Assembly (NCBI GenBank): GCA_944363935.1 | Contig: CALVVT010000090.1 | Span: 1 to 57,356, forward strand | Direction of reading: 5' to 3' | Length of the DNA stretch: 57,356 nt | Origin: an uncultured Bacilli bacterium | GTDB taxonomy: Bacteria > Bacillota_I > Bacilli_A > RF39 > UBA660 | Shown: positions 22,248 to 27,859 of the stretch, in pieces | Layout of the letters: the number at the start of each line of letters is the position of its first letter | How positions within the stretch are numbered: the first letter of the stretch is position 1 | Notes under the pieces: model-generated | Databases searched by the model: none | What the model saw: the letters and a program-made list of their open reading frames with translations, nothing else | Told to the model about the DNA's origin: nothing | Made by a program: the position numbers and the translations under genes

Positions 22248-22274
22248 TTTTTCCTCCTAAACAAAAACTAATGG

Positions 22275-22469
22275 TTAATTAACATGTAATGTACCATTAG
22301 CAATTTCTTCTAAAGCTTTACCAATATTTTTAGTTGATTTATAGTCTTTATCTTTCATTTGATAATTATGAGATTCTTCCATTTCTTTTACTCTTTGACT
22401 AACTATATTTACTAATAAGTATTTTGAACCAACTTTATTTAATAAACTATCAATTGATGGATATAACAT
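22275..22469 (-). CDS. rpoZ: DNA-directed RNA polymerase subunit omega
   Basis: MLYPSIDSLLNKVGSKYLLVNIVSQRVKEM is a typical omega N-terminus. Confidence 0.85.
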   Translation of the reverse strand: MLYPSIDSLLNKVGSKYLLVNIVSQRVKEMEESHNYQMKDKDYKSTKNIGKALEEIANGTLHVN

Positions 22470-22515
22470 TCTCTTCCTCCTTCACAATAAATATAATATA
22501 CTTTTTTTAACTAAA

Positions 22516-22914
22516 TTACAAGACATTATCTAAATCTTTTTCACCAAAACTAAATGGACATAAATCTTTTACTTGAACTGATACCGATTTAGTTCCATTA
22601 TAACTTAAACTAATAATATAAGTATCGGGATTACATAAATCATTTAAAGCTTGCCGGCAAATAAAACAAGGAAAACAAGGATTAGATCTTTTATTCATAA
22701 TATAAATAGATTCAATATCCTCTTTCTTATATCCAGCAGCTATCGCACTATATAATGCATTACGTTCCGCACAAATACCACTAGCTGGAGAGCTTGTTTC
22801 AACATTAACACCTTCAAAAGTAGCTCCATCTGAACATTTGACAATTGCTGCCACCTCATAACGGGAAAGCGGAGCATAACTGTTTTTTAATAACTCTTTT
22901 AATGTTTCTTTCAT
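22516..22914 (-). CDS. cdd: cytidine deaminase
   Basis: CAERNA and PCFPCFICRQ zinc motifs. Confidence 0.9.
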   Translation of the reverse strand: MKETLKELLKNSYAPLSRYEVAAIVKCSDGATFEGVNVETSSPASGICAERNALYSAIAAGYKKEDIESIYIMNKRSNPCFPCFICRQALNDLCNPDTYIISLSYNGTKSVSVQVKDLCPFSFGEKDLDNVL

Positions 22915-22923
22915 ATATTTCTC

Positions 22924-24189
22924 CTATTTAATAATTTCATAAATTAACTGGGATTTATTTACTTTTAAATCAGTAATTTCAAAACATTCAGATACGTCTT
23001 TTTCCGGAATCAAAGTTTTATTACTATATATTTTAGCAATAACTTCTCCTTCGGTTACTTCATCCCCTACTTTTTTAGTTAAAACAATACCAACTGTATG
23101 ATCTATTTCGTCACCTTTAGCAAGTCTCCCAGCGCCAAGTCTTCTAGCAAGTTCGCCTATTTTTAAAGCACTAATACTTTTAACATAACCTGATTTAGGG
23201 GCTTTTACAGGAATAATATTTTGGGCAGTAACAATATTATCAATATTACCACCTTGATAATTAACAATTTCTTTAAATTTTTCTAAAGCATTGCCATTTT
23301 TTAAAGCTGTTTCAACATTTTCAATTAATATTTCCATTGGAATATTTTGATCTAAAGAAATCATTAAAGCCGCTAAATTAATAACAAGTTCTTCTAAATC
23401 TTTTGGACCTTGTCCGTTTAAAGTATTAATCGCTTCCTCTACTTCTAAAGCATTACCAACAGCATATCCTAATGGTTCATTCATATTAGTTAAAACCGTA
23501 ATAACTTTTTTACCAAAAGCTTTACCAATTTTAATCATTAAATTAGCAAGCGCTCTAGCATCTTCAATATTAGTCATTAAAGCACCTTCGCCAACTTTTA
23601 AATCAATGACAATGTTATTAGCACCACTAGCTAGTTTTTTACTCATAATACTAGAAGCTATTAAAGGAATTGAGGCTACAGTTCCCGTTACATCTCTTAA
23701 AGCATATATTTTTTTATCAGCAGGACATAAATTACCAGTTTGACCAGCAATTGCGGCTCCAATTTCTAAAACTTCTTGTTTTAATTCGTCAACAGTCATT
23801 TCTGTTTTAAAACCAGGAATTGATTCTAATTTATCGATTGTTCCGCCAGTATGACCTAAACCACGGCCACTCATTTTCGCCACTTTAGTTCCTAAAGAAG
23901 CAACTAAAGGAATTAAAACTAATGTCGTTTTATCGCCAACGCCACCTGTTGAGTGTTTATCGACAACGTTAAAATCAAAACTTATTTTATCACCACTACC
24001 CAGCATTACCTCCGTTAAAGCTACGGTTTCTTTTTCAGTCATTCCGTTTAATAAAATTGCCATTAACAAAGAACTCATTTGATAATCAGGAATACTACCA
24101 TCTAAATAACCGTTTACTAAAAATTCAATTTCCGCTTGTGTTAATTCTATTTTTTTTACTTTTTTATCAATAATGTCTAGTATATTCAT
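22924..24189 (-). CDS. pdp: pyrimidine-nucleoside (thymidine) phosphorylase
   Basis: HSTGGVGDK and SGRGLGHTGGT motifs. Confidence 0.92.
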   Translation of the reverse strand: MNILDIIDKKVKKIELTQAEIEFLVNGYLDGSIPDYQMSSLLMAILLNGMTEKETVALTEVMLGSGDKISFDFNVVDKHSTGGVGDKTTLVLIPLVASLGTKVAKMSGRGLGHTGGTIDKLESIPGFKTEMTVDELKQEVLEIGAAIAGQTGNLCPADKKIYALRDVTGTVASIPLIASSIMSKKLASGANNIVIDLKVGEGALMTNIEDARALANLMIKIGKAFGKKVITVLTNMNEPLGYAVGNALEVEEAINTLNGQGPKDLEELVINLAALMISLDQNIPMEILIENVETALKNGNALEKFKEIVNYQGGNIDNIVTAQNIIPVKAPKSGYVKSISALKIGELARRLGAGRLAKGDEIDHTVGIVLTKKVGDEVTEGEVIAKIYSNKTLIPEKDVSECFEITDLKVNKSQLIYEIIK

Positions 24190-24294
24190 CTTTTTGACCT
24201 CCCAATATAATTATATACCTTTTTTTTAAATTATAAAAGTCAGAAACGTATATTTATATAATTTAATGACAAAATAATTTTAGGTGAAGAGAAA

Positions 24295-24765
24295 ATGCTG
24301 ATATATACAGGAATTTTTATTTTTAAAATTATTGAGGATGCTTTAGGAACTCTACGAATTATCGTAGTCAGTAACGGCAAGAAAAAATTAGGAGCCTTTT
24401 TACAATTTTTAAATGCTCTAGTTTGGGTTCTTGTTACTGGTACTGTTATTACTAACGTAAATAAAGATCCATTAAAAATTATATTCTTTGCTTTAGGTTC
24501 TTTAGTTGGTTCTTATACTGGAAGTATTTTAGAAGAAAAAATTGCTTTAGGGACTAATATTATTATGACAAAAACTAGTGTTATTAATGCTGAAAGAATA
24601 AAGTTAAATTTAAAAAAATATAAAATTACAGAAGTTAAAGATAATAACAGTACTTTAATTATGATAACTTGTCCACGAAAAAAAAGTGAAGAAGTTATTA
24701 ATTTAATTAAATCATTTGATAAAGACTGTAATATTATTACCGAAAAAGTTAAAAGTTTTTCTTAA
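24295..24765 (+). CDS. UPF0316/DUF2179 family membrane protein
   Basis: The N-terminal pattern KIIEDALGTLRII is typical of UPF0316. Confidence 0.65.
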   Translation: MLIYTGIFIFKIIEDALGTLRIIVVSNGKKKLGAFLQFLNALVWVLVTGTVITNVNKDPLKIIFFALGSLVGSYTGSILEEKIALGTNIIMTKTSVINAERIKLNLKKYKITEVKDNNSTLIMITCPRKKSEEVINLIKSFDKDCNIITEKVKSFS

Positions 24766-25357
24766 TTTCTTTAGCTTTATCAGTAATTATATTAACATTT
24801 CCTTTAGGAATATCTTCTTTTTTATTAACAGTCCATACAAAGGTTTCTTTATTAGTTTTTTGATAATCTTTAACATGAATACTATTAAAATCAAAGTTAT
24901 TTTTTATATGTTTAATATTGATTAAATAGCCAATTATAAGACCTAGTTTATAATTAGTATTTTTCTCTTTTAAATATTTCAATAAATTATAATTAAAGGT
25001 ACAAAGATAATAATTTAAAGAATATTTTTTTAATATTTTAATTAATTTATTAACTAATATTTTATAATTATTTCCTTCTTCTTTGATTTCAATTAAAATT
25101 ATTTTATTACTATTTATATTTTTTAAAACTTCATTTAAACTATTTAAACCATTTTTCATAAGGGTTTTTAATTTAGTTTTTTTAACAAAATAGCCATTAT
25201 AAAACAAATCATGACAAACAATAAATTTTTTATCTTTAGTAAATCTAATATCAAATTCTACCCCATCAGTGTATTTACTATTCAAACTATTTATAATAGC
25301 TTCTAAACTATTTTCTTTATGAATTCCATCATTTCCTCTATGCGCAATTACTTTCAT
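24749..25357 (-). CDS. glycerophosphodiester phosphodiesterase family protein
   Basis: IAHRG...ENSLEA...GVEFDIR...CHD motifs. Confidence 0.8.
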   Translation of the reverse strand: MKVIAHRGNDGIHKENSLEAIINSLNSKYTDGVEFDIRFTKDKKFIVCHDLFYNGYFVKKTKLKTLMKNGLNSLNEVLKNINSNKIILIEIKEEGNNYKILVNKLIKILKKYSLNYYLCTFNYNLLKYLKEKNTNYKLGLIIGYLINIKHIKNNFDFNSIHVKDYQKTNKETFVWTVNKKEDIPKGNVNIITDKAKEIKKNF

Positions 25358-25435
25358 ATTTAAATATATGAAATTTATATTTTTTTATTTATATTTTTAA
25401 AAGTGAGTGTTAGTTACCTTTTTATATAAAATCTA

Positions 25436-25464
25436 TTGAAAAATAGAAAAAAATATGTTATTAT
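25436..25464 (+). promoter_or_regulatory. promoter of small RNA copy 1
   Basis: TTGAAA, 17-nt spacer, TG-extended TATTAT. Equivalent boxes lie at 25799-25827, 26157-26185 and 26517-26545 (TATCAT in copies 3 and 4). Confidence 0.65.
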
Positions 25465-25470
25465 GTATAT

Positions 25471-25586
25471 GGAAGAGAAATCTTCATATAATAAAAAAAG
25501 GAACACTCGATATTGTCTTGCCCGAGTGTTGCCATTATAAATTTTTGGTTCCACCTAATCACAGTTGTGTTAGGTGGTTATTTTTT
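25471..25586 (+). ncRNA. candidate antitoxin small RNA, copy 1
   Basis: Starts ~7 nt after the -10 box. Has a GAAGA-GAAA-TCTTC hairpin, an AACACTCG/CGAGTGTT hairpin, and a terminator CCACCTAA..TTAGGTGG followed by TTATTTTTT. Fully antisense to the 3' UTR of the peptide gene. Confidence 0.6.
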
Positions 25587-25587
25587 C

Positions 25588-25671
25588 TTATTTTAATAAA
25601 GAAAAAACAATTAATAATAGAATAAAAATAATTATAATCAACGATGTGATTAAAAAATCTTTTTTACTCAT
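25588..25671 (-). CDS. 27-aa hydrophobic peptide, candidate type I toxin copy 1
   Basis: Not in the ORF track. MSKKDFLITSLIIIIFILLLIVFSLLK, with SD GGGAGG 8 nt upstream of the ATG. The stop codon abuts the sRNA terminator. Confidence 0.6.
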   Translation of the reverse strand: MSKKDFLITSLIIIIFILLLIVFSLLK

Positions 25672-25737
25672 ATTATCAGCCTCCCTTCATTTATCGAAGT
25701 TTGGCAAACCACCCAACTATCAAGTGTTCCTGAAACA

Positions 25738-25766
25738 ATTATAACAAATATTAGTCATAAAAACAA
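25738..25766 (-). promoter_or_regulatory. promoter of peptide gene copy 1
   Basis: On the minus strand: TTGTTT, 17-nt spacer, TG-extended TATAAT, giving a ~60-nt leader. Equivalent boxes lie at 26095-26123 and 26456-26484. Confidence 0.55.
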
Positions 25767-25833
25767 TGATTATTAATTACCTTTTTCTAAAAAATCTATT
25801 GAAAAATAATAAAAAATATGTTATTATGTATAT

Positions 25834-25942
25834 GGAAGAGAAATCTTCATATAATAAAAAGGAGCACTCGATATTATCCTGTTGGGTGTTGCCATATAAG
25901 ATGGTTCCACCTAATCACAGTTGTGTTAGGTGGTTATTTTTT
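25834..25942 (+). ncRNA. candidate antitoxin small RNA, copy 2
   Basis: Same promoter, hairpins and terminator as copy 1. The internal stem is kept through G-U pairs (AGCACTCG / TGGGTGTT). Confidence 0.6.
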
Positions 25943-25943
25943 C

Positions 25944-26027
25944 TTATTTTAATAAAGAAAAAACAATTAATAATAGAATAAAAATAATTATAATCAACGA
26001 TGTGATCAAAAAATCTTTTTTACTCAT
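25944..26027 (-). CDS. 27-aa hydrophobic peptide, candidate type I toxin copy 2
   Basis: Same peptide as copy 1. The only nucleotide difference is a synonymous TTA->TTG. Confidence 0.6.
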   Translation of the reverse strand: MSKKDFLITSLIIIIFILLLIVFSLLK

Positions 26028-26191
26028 ATTATCAGCCTCCCTTCTTTATAGAGAAGTTTGGCAAGCCACCCAACTATCAAGTGTTCCTGAAACAATTATA
26101 ACAAATATTAGTTATAAAAACAATGATTGTTAGTTACCTTTTTCTGAAAAAATCTATTGAAAAATAGCAGAAAATATGTTATCATGTATAT

Positions 26192-26303
26192 GGAAGAGAA
26201 ATCTTCATATAATAAAAAAAGGAACACTCGATATTGTCTTGTTGGGTGTTGCCATATATTTTTGTGACACCACCTAATCACAGTTGTGTTAGGTGGTCAT
26301 TTT
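26192..26303 (+). ncRNA. candidate antitoxin small RNA, copy 3
   Basis: Promoter TTGAAA-17-TATCAT, conserved hairpins, and terminator at 26270-26296. Confidence 0.55.
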
Positions 26304-26304
26304 A

Positions 26305-26388
26305 TTATATTAAAATTCTAAATATTATTAATAATAATAAAATGATAATGAAGAGTAAAATACAAATTAAAAAATCTTTTTTACTCAT
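26305..26388 (-). CDS. 27-aa hydrophobic peptide, candidate type I toxin copy 3 (diverged TM segment)
   Basis: MSKKDFLICILLFIIILLLLIIFRILI. The SD, the first 8 codons and the length are conserved; the remainder differs but stays hydrophobic. Confidence 0.55.
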   Translation of the reverse strand: MSKKDFLICILLFIIILLLLIIFRILI

Positions 26389-26551
26389 ATTATCAGCCTC
26401 CCTTCTTTATAGAGAAGTTTGGCAAACCACCCAACTATCAAGTGTTCCTAAAACAATTATAACAAATATTAGCCATAAAAACAATGATTGTTAGTTACCT
26501 TTTTCCAAAAAATCTATTGAAAAATAATAGAAAATATGTTATCATGCATAT

Positions 26552-26662
26552 GGAAGAGAAATCTTCATATAATAAAAAGATGCGCTCGATATTGTCTTGC
26601 CCGAGTGTTGCCATAAAAAATATGGGTTCCACCTAGTCACAGTTGTGTTAGGTGGTTATTTT
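26552..26662 (+). ncRNA. orphan fourth small RNA copy (no partner peptide gene)
   Basis: Promoter at 26517-26545, both hairpins, and terminator at 26629-26655 are present. Downstream, only the last ~4 codons of the peptide gene remain before the repeat ends. Confidence 0.5.
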
Positions 26663-26671
26663 ATTATATTT

Positions 26672-26710
26672 AAAAACCCATATTAAGAAACTCTCAATAT
26701 GGGTTATTTT
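26672..26710. terminator. bidirectional terminator at the array boundary / end of the Smr gene
   Basis: ACCCATATT-11 nt-AATATGGGT, flanked by AAAAA on the left and TATTTT on the right. Confidence 0.7.
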
Positions 26711-26976
26711 ATGTCTAAATAAGCTAATGTACAACCTCTATTACTGTAATCACTTTTATATTCTAAAACATATTTATTTTTCTTTAAAGTATTCCAAGTT
26801 ACCTCTCTAATAATACCTGTACCAACGCCATGAACAATAACAATAATTTTATTACTCATTTTAATATTATCATTAATAAAATCATTAATAGCAACTCTAG
26901 CTGTATCTCTATCAAAACCGTGTAAATCTAATTTAGGATAACGCTCTATAAACATAAAATCAGCATATCTCATCAT
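26704..26976 (-). CDS. Smr-domain protein
   Basis: LDLHG....A and VHGVGTG motifs. Confidence 0.8.
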   Translation of the reverse strand: MMRYADFMFIERYPKLDLHGFDRDTARVAINDFINDNIKMSNKIIVIVHGVGTGIIREVTWNTLKKNKYVLEYKSDYSNRGCTLAYLDIK

Positions 26977-27859
26977 ATACGGCAGTCATCTCCTCTAATG
27001 AAGGAATTGATTTATAACCTCCTATTTTAGTTACCGATAAAGCTCCAGCTATTGAAGCATATTTAATAACTTTTTCAAACTCAAATCCTTCAGCAATACC
27101 ATAAGTAAAAGCTCCATGAAAGATATCTCCAGCCCCAGTAGAATCAATTGTTTTAACTTTTATCGATGGCATTAGTTTTATTTGACCATTTAAACTATAA
27201 AGACAGCCCTTTTCTTCTAAAGTAATAACAATAATACCCTTAAATATTTCAGTCATTTTTTTATAAATTTTAAGTAAGCTTAATTTATTATTAAAATCAA
27301 ATTTATAACCGGTTACATTTTCAGCAAATTCTTTTGAACAAACGACATAAGTGCATTTTTTAGCCAGTTCAATAACTTCTTTTTTACTTCTACCCGCATC
27401 AATAATACTAATCATATGAGGATAAGTTTCAAGTAAATGCTTACTAGCTTCATATTCATGACCGTCAATTAATAAAATATCAGGAGTCTTTTCTAAAACA
27501 AACGGCTTTAGTTTATCAGTTTTAGAAACATAAGAAAAAATAGTTCGGGTGCCATTACTTCGGTTAGCTAAAATAAAAGCATGACTAGTTTCTGTTTTCG
27601 GCGCTAAAGTTAAATAACTTGTATCGACATGATTTAAAACAAACTCTTTTTTTATTTTATTTCCATAATTATCATTACCGATTAATCCCGCAATACTTAC
27701 TTTTTGTCCCCATTTTCCTAAAAGAAAAGCCGCAATACTAGCAGGTCCCCCTGCACATTCTGTTTTTTCAAATAATCTTGTTTTAGTGTTTTCTTTAGGA
27801 TAACTAGTAACTGGAAAAGTTATGTCATAAGTAATATGACCAAGACAAAGTATTTGCAT
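26960..27859 (-). CDS. PfkB-family carbohydrate kinase
   Basis: DSTGAGDIFHGAF anion-hole motif and an N-terminal GG pair region. Confidence 0.8.
   Translation of the reverse strand: MQILCLGHITYDITFPVTSYPKENTKTRLFEKTECAGGPASIAAFLLGKWGQKVSIAGLIGNDNYGNKIKKEFVLNHVDTSYLTLAPKTETSHAFILANRSNGTRTIFSYVSKTDKLKPFVLEKTPDILLIDGHEYEASKHLLETYPHMISIIDAGRSKKEVIELAKKCTYVVCSKEFAENVTGYKFDFNNKLSLLKIYKKMTEIFKGIIVITLEEKGCLYSLNGQIKLMPSIKVKTIDSTGAGDIFHGAFTYGIAEGFEFEKVIKYASIAGALSVTKIGGYKSIPSLEEMTAVYDEIC

Larger units (their letters stand above)
25405..26672. repeat. 3.5 tandem copies of a ~360-bp module (convergent small RNA + 27-codon peptide gene)
   Basis: The landmark T(A/G)(A/T)TTACC recurs at 25411, 25774, 26131 and 26492 (periods 363, 357, 361). 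Promoters, hairpins, SD and start codons are conserved between copies. Confidence 0.9.

Noticed and set aside
25469-25540. Short ATG-initiated frame inside the plus-strand small RNA (MEEKSSYNKK...)
   Set aside because: It has no SD, and the frame and stop position differ between copies. The conservation fits RNA stems (G-U covariation) and not codons.
25766-26494. Tracked plus-strand ORFs 25766..25981, 25930..26133 and 26234..26494 (67-86 aa) across the repeat array
   Set aside because: They run through promoters, hairpins and terminators of the repeat unit and lack RBSs. The homologous DNA is read in different frames in different copies because of A-run length changes. They are by-products of the repeat, not genes.
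25405-26672. Possibility that the regular repeats form a CRISPR array
   Set aside because: The repeat unit is ~360 bp with no short unique spacers. Almost the whole unit is conserved and it contains promoters, an SD and an ORF. No cas genes are present in the window.
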